A DNA stretch of 64,000 nt from Pseudomonadota bacterium (GCA_043825735.1 JBDRRP010000045.1:1-64000); one strand, 5' to 3'. Shown: positions 48,196-58,194, counted from the stretch's first letter. Notes: generated by a model from the sequence alone, not told the origin. Program-made: numbers and translations.

Positions 48196-49538
48196 TGGTC
48201 GATCTCATCATCCGCCATGCAACCCTGCCCGACGGGCGCACCGACATGGATATCGCGGTTTCGGGAGAAAAGATCGCCGCGTTGGCGCCGGCCATTGCCG
48301 GTGCGGCCGCCCGCGAGATCGACGCCGGCGGATGCCTGGTCACGGCGCCCTTTGTGGACAGCCACTTTCACATGGACGCGGCCTTAAGCTATGGGCTGCC
48401 GCGTGTCAATCGATCGGGCACACTCCTCGAGGGCATCGCCCTGTGGGGGGAGCTCAAACCGACACTCAGCGTGGAGGCCATTACCAAGCGCGCCACCGAG
48501 TTGTGCCACTGGGCCATCGCCCGTGGCACGCTGGCCATCCGCACCCACGTGGACATCTGTGACGACCGCCTTTTGGCCGTCCAGGCGCTGCTGGAGGTTC
48601 GGAAAACGTTTCGCCCCTATCTGGACATCCAACTGGTGGCTTTTCCCCAGGACGGGTACCTGCGCGCGCCGTCGGCGCCGGAAAATCTTATAAGGGCGCT
48701 GGATATGGGCGTTGATGTGGTGGGCGGCATCCCGCATTTCGAGCGCACCATGGATCAGGGCGCCGAGAGCGTGCGCCGGCTGTGCGAGGTGGCAGCCGAA
48801 AAAGGGCTACCGGTCGACATGCACTGCGACGAAAGCGACGATCCCCTGTCGCGCCACATCGAGACCCTCGCCTATCACACCCGGCGCCTGGGGCTGGCCG
48901 GCCGGGTCACCGGCTCGCATCTCACCAGCATGCACAGCATGGACAACTACTACGTGGCCAAACTCATTCCCCTCATGGCCGAGGCCGGGGTCGCCGCCGT
49001 GGCCAATCCGCTCATCAACATCACCCTCCAGGGCCGCCACGACACCTATCCCAAGCGGCGGGGCATGACTCGGGTGAAGGAACTGATGGCCGCCGGCATC
49101 ACGGTGGCCTTCGGGCACGACTGCGTGATGGACCCCTGGTACAGCTTCGGCTCCCACGACATGCTGGAGGTGGCCCACATGGGCCTTCACGTGGCCCAGA
49201 TGACCGGCACCGACGAGATCCGGCAGATATTCGATGCGGTGACGGTCAATGGCGCCCGCGTGCTGGGGCTCGAGGGCTACGGCATCTCGGAGGGCTGCCA
49301 CGCGGACATGGTCATCCTGCAGGCCGGCGACGTGCACGAGGCCATCCGGCTCCGGCCGGCGCGGCTGGCGGTCATCCGCCGGGGCCGCGTCATCGCCGAA
49401 ACCCCGCCGGTGGTCAGCCGCCTGTCGCTGGAGAGCGGACCGGTGGCGGTGGATTTCAGGCGCCCTGTGCCAGCGCGGGCAGGACACGGACACACGGACG
49501 AACACGGACGAACACGGACGCGCACGGACAACAGCTGA
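48195..49538 (+). CDS. codA: Cytosine deaminase family amidohydrolase (5-methylcytosine deaminase-type residue)
   Basis: PFVDSHFHMD, NRSGTLLEGI..W, IRTHVD, VAFPQDG, GGIPHFE, DMHCDE, SH, ANP, LQGR.D.YP.RRG, FGHDCVMDPWY. Confidence 0.92.
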   Translation: MVDLIIRHATLPDGRTDMDIAVSGEKIAALAPAIAGAAAREIDAGGCLVTAPFVDSHFHMDAALSYGLPRVNRSGTLLEGIALWGELKPTLSVEAITKRATELCHWAIARGTLAIRTHVDICDDRLLAVQALLEVRKTFRPYLDIQLVAFPQDGYLRAPSAPENLIRALDMGVDVVGGIPHFERTMDQGAESVRRLCEVAAEKGLPVDMHCDESDDPLSRHIETLAYHTRRLGLAGRVTGSHLTSMHSMDNYYVAKLIPLMAEAGVAAVANPLINITLQGRHDTYPKRRGMTRVKELMAAGITVAFGHDCVMDPWYSFGSHDMLEVAHMGLHVAQMTGTDEIRQIFDAVTVNGARVLGLEGYGISEGCHADMVILQAGDVHEAIRLRPARLAVIRRGRVIAETPPVVSRLSLESGPVAVDFRRPVPARAGHGHTDEHGRTRTRTDNS

Positions 49539-49730
49539 TCATCAGATGACCGGCCGTTCGAATTTAGTCCGTGCCAGTCCGTGCCAGTCCGTGTCAGTCC
49601 GTGCCAGTCCGTGTCAGTCCGTGTCAGTCCGTGCCAGTCCGTGCCAGTCCGTGTCAGTCCGTGCCAGTCCGTGTCAGTCCGTGCCAGTCCGTGTGTCCGT
49701 GCCAGTCCGTGTTCGTCCGTGTGTCCGTGT
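49484..49730. repeat. Tandem 10-bp array (AGTCCGTGYC x12 plus degenerate units) inside 26-bp perfect inverted repeats
   Basis: Twelve units at 49566-49685. ACACGGACACACGGACGAACACGGAC (49484-49509) is the exact reverse complement of 49705-49730. Confidence 0.92.
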
Positions 49731-49794
49731 TTACCCACGCAGCTGATATTGCCCCCATGACACATAGAGGCGCCTCGTATTCGCCCGCACCGTT

Positions 49795-50730
49795 TCACCC
49801 CCGCGACCACCGAGCAATCTCCCGAATGTCGGCCGGCGTCGTCCGGCAGCAACCACCGATGATCTGCGCGCCGAGCCGATGCCACCTTTGCGCCATCTGA
49901 GCAAAAACAGTCGCTGACGGATCGCCCTTCCAGGTGCGGATCGCCACATCATAGGTCTCGCCGGAGTTGGGATAGACGATGATCGGTTTTTCCGTCTGCT
50001 TCTGAATTTCGCCGATCAGATCCGGGATAAACTGCGGCGCAGTGCAGTTCACCCCCACGGCGGCCACCTGGGGATGCCCGTCGAGAATCGCGGCGCAGTC
50101 GGCCAATCGCTCACCGTGGTGGGTGCGGGCCCCGTCTTTCGCGCTGAAACTGAACCAGGCAAAGTTTTCGGGAAACTCCCCCAGGAGCCGGACCAGCGCC
50201 CGGGCCTCCACAAGGCAGGGGATCGTCTCGCAGGCGAGGATGTCTGCCCCGGCAGCCACCACTGCCGCCATGCGGGGCCGGTGGAAATCCATGAGCTGCG
50301 TTTCACTCAGCCCGTAATCTCCCCGGTATTCGGACCCATCAGCGAGGTAGGCGCCATAGGGACCGATCGAGGCCGCGACAAAAGGCCGCGGCCGGCCTCG
50401 CCGGTTTACTTGCGCCGCCCAGAACGCGTCACGGGCGTCGCTGGCCAGCTTCACCGCCGCCCCCATCGCGGCCAGGGCCGCCGCCGCGTCCAGGCCCCGC
50501 CGCATCAACCCGTCCACCGAGGCTTGATAGGTGGCGGTAATCACCCCGTCTGCACCGGCGGCAAAATAGTCGGTATGCACCGCGGCGATGCGCGCCGGAT
50601 CCTCCAGCAGCACCTTGGCCGACCACAGCGGGTCGTTCAGATCACACCCCCGGCGCTCCAGTTCGGTGGCCAGGGCCCCGTCCAGAATCACCAGGGGATA
50701 GTCGTTTAAGATATCGGCAATCGGATTCAT
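49795..50730 (-). CDS. mmuM: Homocysteine S-methyltransferase
   Basis: LDGALATELE, LWSA, ATYQAS, SIGPYGAYLADGSEY.G.Y, ACETIP, GVNC, YPNSGE.Y, IGGCCRTTP. True start ATG 50730. Confidence 0.95.
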   Translation of the reverse strand: MNPIADILNDYPLVILDGALATELERRGCDLNDPLWSAKVLLEDPARIAAVHTDYFAAGADGVITATYQASVDGLMRRGLDAAAALAAMGAAVKLASDARDAFWAAQVNRRGRPRPFVAASIGPYGAYLADGSEYRGDYGLSETQLMDFHRPRMAAVVAAGADILACETIPCLVEARALVRLLGEFPENFAWFSFSAKDGARTHHGERLADCAAILDGHPQVAAVGVNCTAPQFIPDLIGEIQKQTEKPIIVYPNSGETYDVAIRTWKGDPSATVFAQMAQRWHRLGAQIIGGCCRTTPADIREIARWSRG

Positions 50731-50886
50731 GATGGCTTTCGCAAGGGTTGGATTTAAAGGTGAAAATATCATAAAAGAAAAACAGGCGCTCTGTCGAGGA
50801 AGACATGCGGTGGTGGCGAAAGCCGCATTGAATACCGGCTTTCTTCGTATCCTCTGTGATCTCTGTGGTGAAATATCCGTGCGCTT

Positions 50887-53397
50887 ATGACTAATACCAT
50901 TCCTCCGCTGCCGGTCATGGATGCGGTCGGCGACGTGCGCCGGGCGCTCGCCGAGCGCGGCCGCGCCGTGCTCCAGGCCCCGCCGGGCGCCGGGAAAACC
51001 ACGGGCATCCCTCCGGCCCTGCTGGACGAGCCCTGGCTGGCCGGGCGGCGGATCATCGTACTGGCCCCCCGGCGCCTGGCCGCACGGGCCGCCGCCGCAC
51101 GCATGGCCCACATGATGGGAGAATCCGTGGGTGCCACCGTGGGCTACCGCGTGCGCATGGACACGAAGGTCAGCGCCGCCACTCGCATCGAAGTGGTCAC
51201 CGAGGGCGTTCTCACCCGGCGGCTCCAGCACGATCCGGCTCTGGAAGGCGTGGGCCTGGTGGTCTTCGACGAGTTCCACGAGCGCAGCCTCGACGCGGAC
51301 CTGGGCCTTGCCTTGTGCCTGGACATCCAGGGGGTGCTCAACGCCGATTTGCGCCTGCTGGTCATGTCGGCCACGCTGGAAACCGCGCCGGTGGCCGCGC
51401 TCCTTGGCGAAGCACCGGTGATCTCCTGCCCGGGAAAGGCCTATCCCGTGGAAACCCGCTTCGTGGGCCGGCACACCCCGGATCCGGCCATGGCCGGAAT
51501 CACCGAGGTCATCCTAACCGCCGCTCGGGAAGAAGACGGCAGCCTCCTGGTGTTTCTCCCCGGCGCCGGCGAGATCCGCCGGGTGGCAGCGCTGCTTGAC
51601 GTGGCCCGCCTGGGCAGCGAATGGATCATTGCCCCGCTCTACGGCAACCTTACCAGAACCCAGCAGGATCTGGCCATCTCACCCGCACCCCCGGACCGCC
51701 GTAAGATCGTACTGGCCACGTCCATCGCCGAAACCAGCCTCACCATCGAGGGCATCCGTGTGGTGGTGGACAGCGGGCTGCAGCGCACTGCCCGGTTCGA
51801 TCCGGGCACCGGACTCACCCGGCTGGTCACCATTCCGGTGTCCAGAGCCGCAGCGGATCAGCGCCGGGGCCGGGCCGGCCGGACCGCCCCCGGAATTTGC
51901 CTGCGCCTGTGGTCCGAGAGCATGCACCACGCGCTGCCCAGCGCCCACCGGCCCGAAATCCTGGAGGCCGATCTCGCCGGCCTGGCCCTGGAGCTGGCCC
52001 TTTGGGGGGTGGCCGACCCGACGCGGCTCAAGTGGTTGGATCCGCCCCCGCAGCCGGCCACTGCCGCGGCCACCGAACTGCTCCGGTCCCTGGGCGCACT
52101 GGATGACAGCGGCGCGATTACCGCTCACGGCCGAAAGATGGCGGCCCTGCCCGCCCACCCGCGGCTGGCCCACATGATGGTGGCCGCAGACGCGGAGGGC
52201 GCTGCGGCCGCCGCCTGCCACCTGGCCGCCCTTCTTGGTGAGCGGGACGTAGTGCGCTGGGATCGCGGTCAGGCAGATGTGGATATGGCTGTCCGCTTGA
52301 GCCTGGTGACGGCTGCCGAAATCAGGGGATTTTCGGGCGGCACCGTCGATCCGTCTGCACTGAAGCGGGTCCGGCAGGTGGCCGCTCAGTTTCGCCATCA
52401 CCTGAAAAGCCGGGAAGACAGGAAACCGGCCGCCGCCATCGGCCGGCTGCTGGCATGGGCCTATCCGGACCGCATCGCCCAGGCCCGCCCGGGCCAGCGG
52501 GGACGATATCTGCTCTCCAGCGGCCGGGGCGCGTTTTTGTACCCCGACGACCCCATGGCCGCCGAACCGTACCTGGTGGCGGTGGAACTGGACGGGGACC
52601 GTAATGAGACGCGCATCTTCCGGGCGGCCGCCTACCCCAAGGAAACATTGCAGGCGCAATTTGCCAGCGCGATCCGCTGGAAGACCACCGTCGCCTGGGA
52701 CGCCGACCGGCAGGCGGTGTCCGCCCGAAGGCAGGCCTTTCTGGGCGCCCTGTCGCTCCAGAGTGAATCCTTGGCCGATCCCGACCCGGCGCTCGTGTCG
52801 GCCGCGCTGATGGAAGGCATCCGCCGCGCCGGCATCGACTGCCTGCCATGGACCAAACGGCTGCGGGCCTGGCAGCGCCGGGTGATGTTTATGCATCGCA
52901 GCGCTCCGGAAGACTGGCCGGACCTTTCCGACGATCATCTCACGGCATCCCTGGAATCCTGGCTGGGTCCGGTTGCCGCCGGCATGGTCCGGCTCAAGGA
53001 GCTGGCCCGGGTGGACCTGACCGGGGCATTGACATCCCTGGTGCCCCGTCACCTGCAGCGGCGCCTGGACGATCTTGTCCCCACCCACTTTGTGGTTCCC
53101 AGCGGCTCACGCATCCCGATCGACTACGCGGGAGAAGCGCCGGTGCTGGCCGTGCGCCTCCAGGAGATGTTCGGCCTCACCGACACCCCCACCGTGGCCG
53201 GCGGCCGGGTGCCGATCGTGATTCATCTTCTCTCCCCCGCGAGCCGGCCGGTTCAGATCACCCGGGACCTGGCCAGTTTCTGGCGCACCGGCTACCCGGA
53301 AGTGAAAAAGGACCTGAAAGGCCGCTACCCCAAGCATCATTGGCCGGACGACCCCCTGACGGCCATGCCGACGGCCCGGGTCAAGCCTCGGGGGTAG
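50887..53397 (+). CDS. hrpB: ATP-dependent helicase HrpB
   Basis: APPGAGKTT, PRRLAAR, DEFHERS, MSAT, TSIAETSLTI.G, QRRGRAGR, and the HrpB C-terminus LLSPA.RPVQIT.DL..FW..GY..V.K.LKGRYPKH.WP. Confidence 0.96.
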   Translation: MTNTIPPLPVMDAVGDVRRALAERGRAVLQAPPGAGKTTGIPPALLDEPWLAGRRIIVLAPRRLAARAAAARMAHMMGESVGATVGYRVRMDTKVSAATRIEVVTEGVLTRRLQHDPALEGVGLVVFDEFHERSLDADLGLALCLDIQGVLNADLRLLVMSATLETAPVAALLGEAPVISCPGKAYPVETRFVGRHTPDPAMAGITEVILTAAREEDGSLLVFLPGAGEIRRVAALLDVARLGSEWIIAPLYGNLTRTQQDLAISPAPPDRRKIVLATSIAETSLTIEGIRVVVDSGLQRTARFDPGTGLTRLVTIPVSRAAADQRRGRAGRTAPGICLRLWSESMHHALPSAHRPEILEADLAGLALELALWGVADPTRLKWLDPPPQPATAAATELLRSLGALDDSGAITAHGRKMAALPAHPRLAHMMVAADAEGAAAAACHLAALLGERDVVRWDRGQADVDMAVRLSLVTAAEIRGFSGGTVDPSALKRVRQVAAQFRHHLKSREDRKPAAAIGRLLAWAYPDRIAQARPGQRGRYLLSSGRGAFLYPDDPMAAEPYLVAVELDGDRNETRIFRAAAYPKETLQAQFASAIRWKTTVAWDADRQAVSARRQAFLGALSLQSESLADPDPALVSAALMEGIRRAGIDCLPWTKRLRAWQRRVMFMHRSAPEDWPDLSDDHLTASLESWLGPVAAGMVRLKELARVDLTGALTSLVPRHLQRRLDDLVPTHFVVPSGSRIPIDYAGEAPVLAVRLQEMFGLTDTPTVAGGRVPIVIHLLSPASRPVQITRDLASFWRTGYPEVKKDLKGRYPKHHWPDDPLTAMPTARVKPRG

Positions 53398-53596
53398 AAA
53401 ACCGAATTGCGCCTTAACGGCTTAAAAGCGGCAGGGATTCAGGGATTGCGAATTGGCGGCCTTCGGCCGGAGGGCATATCCCCCGGTTTTCTCTGCGTCT
53501 CGGCGTCTCAGCGCGAGAATGGCTTTTTTGCTGGCGGATAAGTTGTGCGGATGAAAGGGTGGCCTCATCCTGGAAGATGCCGTTGATGGATGGGCA

Positions 53597-54445
53597 CTAT
53601 TTAGCGTTCAACGGGCGCACAGCCACGATCCACGGCTCCAGCCGGCTGCCGTAGGCCAATGTCACCTCGTAACGCGACGCGTCCGGATTTTCCCGCCGAG
53701 AAGTGTTTCCGCCCGCAATGGTCTCGAATGTCTTGCGAAAATCCAGCGGCACGAAAATATTTCCCACACTGAGCCTTGAGATATGCCCGAGCAAGGTCTT
53801 TCTGGCTTTGTCATAGGAGTAATCGGGTTCCACCAGGCCCCTGACAATAACGAACCGCGTCCGGTCTTCATATTTCTCGCGCAGAATCTGCGGGTTCAGC
53901 CCGGCATCGATCGCAAACAGCCGTGACTCACTCTCCCGTTCTTTCTTCAACCGATTTTCAGCTCTTTCGAACTGGTCGGCGACGGCCTTGTCACCATCTT
54001 TCTGTTTCAATAGATCCGCGACGCTTTCAAATGACTTTTCCGCTCTTTCAACAGCTTCACGGTATGAGGCGCCGTCGTATTCGAGCACGATGAACACTTC
54101 CTTTGAAATGGGTCGTTTGCGGGATGCCGCGCGCGTCTTCGCATCGATAGCGAATCCCAATGCCGTCAATTTTTCGGAATCGAGCCATAAGGGTGACGTC
54201 CATCCGGAATATCTGTTGTAATCTTCCTCCATGCCCAGGACCCGCCAATTAAGACGCAGTGACAGGCCGCTGTTTTCTTTTTTAAGCCGGTATGGCAGCG
54301 GCAACTCCCTTTCGGTGAGCGTGATCTGCGATTCGGGCTCACCCGATCGATTCGAAGCCACCCCGGTGAGGACGATGATGTTGGTCGCTGCGAGGATGAT
54401 AACCCCCAGCAAAAACAGCCCGCGGGAAGATGAGAGCCATGTCAT
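53597..54445 (-). CDS. DUF4824-like protein (N-terminal TM, periplasmic)
   Basis: N.IVL.GVA.NRSGEPES...LTEREL, ENSGLSL.L.WR, SRLFAIDAG, GSRLEPWI. Translationally coupled to the upstream membrane gene. Confidence 0.7.
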   Translation of the reverse strand: MTWLSSSRGLFLLGVIILAATNIIVLTGVASNRSGEPESQITLTERELPLPYRLKKENSGLSLRLNWRVLGMEEDYNRYSGWTSPLWLDSEKLTALGFAIDAKTRAASRKRPISKEVFIVLEYDGASYREAVERAEKSFESVADLLKQKDGDKAVADQFERAENRLKKERESESRLFAIDAGLNPQILREKYEDRTRFVIVRGLVEPDYSYDKARKTLLGHISRLSVGNIFVPLDFRKTFETIAGGNTSRRENPDASRYEVTLAYGSRLEPWIVAVRPLNAK

Positions 54446-55518
54446 GCGCACACCTCCTTTACTTTCCCGGTCAATGAGCTGCGGAGCCGTTTGAATACCA
54501 GCAATATCAATATCGCCGTGAGGCCGACGATCAGAAAGAAAAGATATTTTGGCATCCAGTCCCACCACCAGTCGTAAAATTTCGTATACAGAAAAATCGT
54601 GAAAAAGACGTTGCCGGTATTGACCACCTCCGGCCAGCCCTTCCGTATGCCAAGCCAGATGGCCCCGGCACTGAAAACAAAGCCCGCGCTCTGATAGACA
54701 TTCTCCACAGACGCGTTGCTCCAGTGAAGATAACTGCCCATGCCCCAGTTGGATAAAATCAGTACCGGTATAAAAAACAACAGCATCGCAAAAACGCGAT
54801 AAATGACGGCGAACCCGGAAAACCTGTGGTGAGGGATCACCGGTACGAAAAACAATATCAGTGCCGCCGGAAAGAAATTTTCAGGCCGCTCCCCGAAACT
54901 GATCCAGTAGCACCCGCTCCATGTCCCGGTCTTGGCCGACAGAAAGCAGGCAAAACTGATAATGCCCGCGGCCAGGAGCAGGCGTGCATCAATGCCGTAG
55001 GCAAGGATGAATGCAAAAACGGCCCACACCAGAAACGCGTTCGGGGACGGGGTGATGTTAAAGATCTGGCCCAGCATCGAGAGGTTCAGCACAAAGCAGG
55101 CAATGCTCACCATGCCCATCAGTTTGGAGAAATAACCTGTTTTTTCGCGGCGGGAGACGACCATGGTACCGGCAAGCGCGATAACAGGGGCGGCGATGAG
55201 AATGAAGACCTGAACGGTCGTCGAGAACCTTCCCCAAAATTGATAGAAGAGAAAAAACACGCTCGCCGCCAGTGCGACCGCGCCCAGAAAGGAAGCGATT
55301 TTCATCCCCAGGCTGAGTTGTTTTTCACCCTTGCTTGAATCGACATCAAAGGCTGACGACAGATGCGCAATCAAATCCTTATGGTAGTCAAAGATGGCAG
55401 AATGCTGGTTTTCACTGAGGGATACGATGTTTTCCTGTGCGATGATCTCCAACTCGGCACGGAAACTTCCGATCTGGTCAACTCTTCGCTGAGCATCGGC
55501 TTTCGATGTGACCGGCAT
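54442..55518 (-). CDS. DUF2157-like integral membrane protein
   Basis: About nine TM segments; GQIFNI..SP.AFL.W, KFYDWWW.WMPK.LFFL..G. Confidence 0.75.
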   Translation of the reverse strand: MPVTSKADAQRRVDQIGSFRAELEIIAQENIVSLSENQHSAIFDYHKDLIAHLSSAFDVDSSKGEKQLSLGMKIASFLGAVALAASVFFLFYQFWGRFSTTVQVFILIAAPVIALAGTMVVSRREKTGYFSKLMGMVSIACFVLNLSMLGQIFNITPSPNAFLVWAVFAFILAYGIDARLLLAAGIISFACFLSAKTGTWSGCYWISFGERPENFFPAALILFFVPVIPHHRFSGFAVIYRVFAMLLFFIPVLILSNWGMGSYLHWSNASVENVYQSAGFVFSAGAIWLGIRKGWPEVVNTGNVFFTIFLYTKFYDWWWDWMPKYLFFLIVGLTAILILLVFKRLRSSLTGKVKEVCA

Positions 55519-55545
55519 TGATCCACCCTTCCGAAATTGATTTTA

Positions 55546-56334
55546 TCATGAAATATTCATCTGCCGCAGCCACGCGATGATTCGGTCGGCGACCTTCTGC
55601 CAGTGTCCCTCCAGCATCATATCGTGGGCCATCCCGGGGAAGATTTCCGCCGTCGTGCCATAAGCTTCGGCGGTGGCCACCACTTCGTCCGGGGTGAAAA
55701 TGGTGTCGCCCGCCGCCCCCAGTACCAATACGTCGGTGTTGACGTTATACGGTTTCGGCAAACTGAACAGCATGTCCAGAAAGGCAAAATAGGATTCATC
55801 CTGCATGTGGTGGAAATATCCCTCGAGTTTTTCGGGTGAGATGTCGCTGGAGAAAAACGCTTCGCGGGTCAGCGCGGGGCTGCCGATGATGGGATAAAGG
55901 CTCAGCAGCAGGTTCGCCTTGATGAACGCCAGCGGATGGCGCCCTGCGATGCGCAGCGTCGTTCCGAGGGCGCCCCCCACGGGCACCGATGCCAGCAGTA
56001 CGGCCGCCGGGGCGTCGTTTTTTTCCAGGTATTTCTGGACCACCAGGCCGCCCATGGAGTGCCCGACCAGCACGGGCGCGGCGGATAGCTGCGCAAACAC
56101 CTGGTCGACATCGCTCACGTAGTCGTCGATCCGTGTCGTAAACAACCGGGCCGGACGCTCACTGCTTCCGTGGCCACGAAGGCTCAGTGCGTGGGCAGCA
56201 TATCCGCGCCCTGCGAAATACGGCAGAAAGTACTCTTCCCAGCACCAGGCGCCGTGCCAGGCACCGTGAACGAACAGCACGGGGGTGTCATGCGTGGCGC
56301 GCTCTGGGGTGTGCGTGATGACGTCGAGATTCAT
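55546..56334 (-). CDS. Alpha/beta hydrolase
   Basis: FVHGAWHGAWCW, LRGHG.S, nucleophile GHSMGG, catalytic D and AHDMM. Confidence 0.93.
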   Translation of the reverse strand: MNLDVITHTPERATHDTPVLFVHGAWHGAWCWEEYFLPYFAGRGYAAHALSLRGHGSSERPARLFTTRIDDYVSDVDQVFAQLSAAPVLVGHSMGGLVVQKYLEKNDAPAAVLLASVPVGGALGTTLRIAGRHPLAFIKANLLLSLYPIIGSPALTREAFFSSDISPEKLEGYFHHMQDESYFAFLDMLFSLPKPYNVNTDVLVLGAAGDTIFTPDEVVATAEAYGTTAEIFPGMAHDMMLEGHWQKVADRIIAWLRQMNIS

Positions 56335-56448
56335 TAGAAGAGTCCTTCCTGAGAGGTATGGAGAAGCGGCGGAAACGGCTCACTCGTTACCAGTTCTTTG
56401 TCTGCCCGCGCCAACGGCTGATGGTAATAAATCCGTATCCCGAGGTCT

Positions 56449-58194
56449 TCACTTGTAGCTGGCCAGCACTTCGAGAATGCCGCGTCCCACGGCGGCGCAC
56501 TCGGCCTCGGAGATGTTGGCCAGGGCCACCCGAAGGGACCAGTCCGGACCGGCGAACCCCTTGCCGGGCAGGCAGACAATGGCCTGCGCTCTGGCCAGAC
56601 GGAACACGAAATCCATCGGCTCGCCCTGCATCATCTTTTCGGCAAAGTCCTTGCCGTGCTTGGCCTCGGCCAGACGTCCCAGATCGATGAGCGCGTAGTA
56701 TCGGGTGAGGTTGTCGCCGGCGGGCGCCGCCATCCCCAGCGCGTCGAACAATGCGGCCCAGCGCTTTTTGAGGATGCCCATGATGGACGCCTTGTAGACA
56801 TAGCGCCCGTCGAGCAGCTCGAAGAGGGCAAACAGGCACATGGCGGCCTGCTGGGGTCCGGAGAGGCCGCCGGTGTGTGCCAGAGCCACCTGCCGCGAAT
56901 CCATCTCGAGCCGCTCATAAAACGGTATGGTCTTCGGGTCGGTGGAAGTCAGGCGGTAGCGCAGGTCCAGCCGGGCCTGGTCGCGTGTGGGCAGGCGGGC
57001 GATGATCCGGTCCACCACGCAGTTTTCGTGGACCATGACGGCCCCGAGTCGCCACCCGGTGACGCCGAAATACTTGGAAAAGGAGTACACTCCCAGGATG
57101 TTCTCCGGCAGGTACTGGCCGAATGTGGTGAAAGTGTCCACGAAGCTGGCGTAAACTGTGTCGGAGATGATGACCATGTCCGGGTTGTACTTGCGGATCG
57201 TGTCGGACATGCGCTTGACCGTGTCCGCGTTGAGGGAGACCGAAGTGGGGTTGGTGGGGTTGACCATATAAAGCGCTTTCACCTGCTTGTCCCTGAGCTT
57301 GGCCACCTCGGTGTCGGGGATCTGCCAACCCATCGCCTCGTCGCCCCGGATGTAGACAGTCTTCAGTCCGTAGTCGGCCAGTAATGGCAGCTCCAGATAG
57401 GGCGAAAAAATGGGCGTGACGATGGCCACTGTATCGCCGGGCCTGAGGACCATATTCTCTCGCAGTGAATTGAAGATATAGATCATTGCCGCGGTGGCGC
57501 CCTCGGTGGCGAAAAGATGGAATTTGCCCTTGGGCGGCTTTCCAGAAAAAACCACCCGGTCCAGGTACCGGCTTACGACGGCCTCGGTGACCGGAAAGAT
57601 CCGCGGCGGGTCAGGGTAGAAGTCGCCCTGGATGCCGTCGGTGAGTTGGAAGACCACGTCGTCGGGGGCCATCCCGAGCCGGGTCCTGGCATAATTCATG
57701 GCCTCGCGCAAATACACCCCGCCGTGTGCGCCGACCTGTCTGATCATGAACGCATCGAATTTGTCCGACAGTCCCTTGGCGTCGAGCCGATAGCCCACGT
57801 CGTCGATTTCTGAACCGGCGCCGGCCTGCTCCGCGGCAAACAGGGTGAGCTGAGCCAGCGCCGCTCTGGCGGTGGTGTTGAGAAAATTGGGGTTGCCGCG
57901 CCCGGCGTTGATCCATTGGCCGCCCGATCCCTTGGCGGCGGCCTTTTTGGCGTCATCGATGAGCAGGTTCTTGATTTCGAAAGGGCTTTCCTTGCGCAGA
58001 TCCGCCCAGTCCGGCGCTGCCGGTGCACCCGCTGCGGCCACCTGGGCCGGGCTGAGCCCCATGAGTGCCCCTGCCGCTGAGATGGACACCCCCATCGTTG
58101 CAGCATACCGGAAAAAATCACGCCGGCTGATGCGTCCGGCGCTTGCCTCGTCTGCCAATTCGACGACATAAGGGTGGGGGGTGCTGTCTGGCAT
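56449..58194 (-). CDS. asdA: Aspartate 4-decarboxylase/aminotransferase (PLP) with an N-terminal twin-arginine signal
   Basis: SPFEIKN.LI, NAGRGNPNF, YP.P, FATEGATAAM.YIF, PIFSPYLE, VNPTNP, D.VY, PLP-Lys SFSKYFG.TGWRLG, HTGGLS.PQQ. N-terminus SRRDFF followed by a hydrophobic stretch. AGGAGG RBS. Confidence 0.9.
   Translation of the reverse strand: MPDSTPHPYVVELADEASAGRISRRDFFRYAATMGVSISAAGALMGLSPAQVAAAGAPAAPDWADLRKESPFEIKNLLIDDAKKAAAKGSGGQWINAGRGNPNFLNTTARAALAQLTLFAAEQAGAGSEIDDVGYRLDAKGLSDKFDAFMIRQVGAHGGVYLREAMNYARTRLGMAPDDVVFQLTDGIQGDFYPDPPRIFPVTEAVVSRYLDRVVFSGKPPKGKFHLFATEGATAAMIYIFNSLRENMVLRPGDTVAIVTPIFSPYLELPLLADYGLKTVYIRGDEAMGWQIPDTEVAKLRDKQVKALYMVNPTNPTSVSLNADTVKRMSDTIRKYNPDMVIISDTVYASFVDTFTTFGQYLPENILGVYSFSKYFGVTGWRLGAVMVHENCVVDRIIARLPTRDQARLDLRYRLTSTDPKTIPFYERLEMDSRQVALAHTGGLSGPQQAAMCLFALFELLDGRYVYKASIMGILKKRWAALFDALGMAAPAGDNLTRYYALIDLGRLAEAKHGKDFAEKMMQGEPMDFVFRLARAQAIVCLPGKGFAGPDWSLRVALANISEAECAAVGRGILEVLASYK

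Noticed and set aside
49566..49730. Possible CRISPR array
   Set aside because: Contiguous 10-bp units with no unique spacers and no cas genes; it is a tandem repeat.
49249..49900. ORFs with repeating VRASPCQSVS / TDWHGLTRT peptides
   Set aside because: These are translations of the DNA tandem repeat, overlap real genes and have no RBS.
50731..53088. 559-aa version of mmuM and a 469-aa minus-strand ORF
   Set aside because: The extensions overlap hrpB antisense; MmuM homology starts at ATG 50730.
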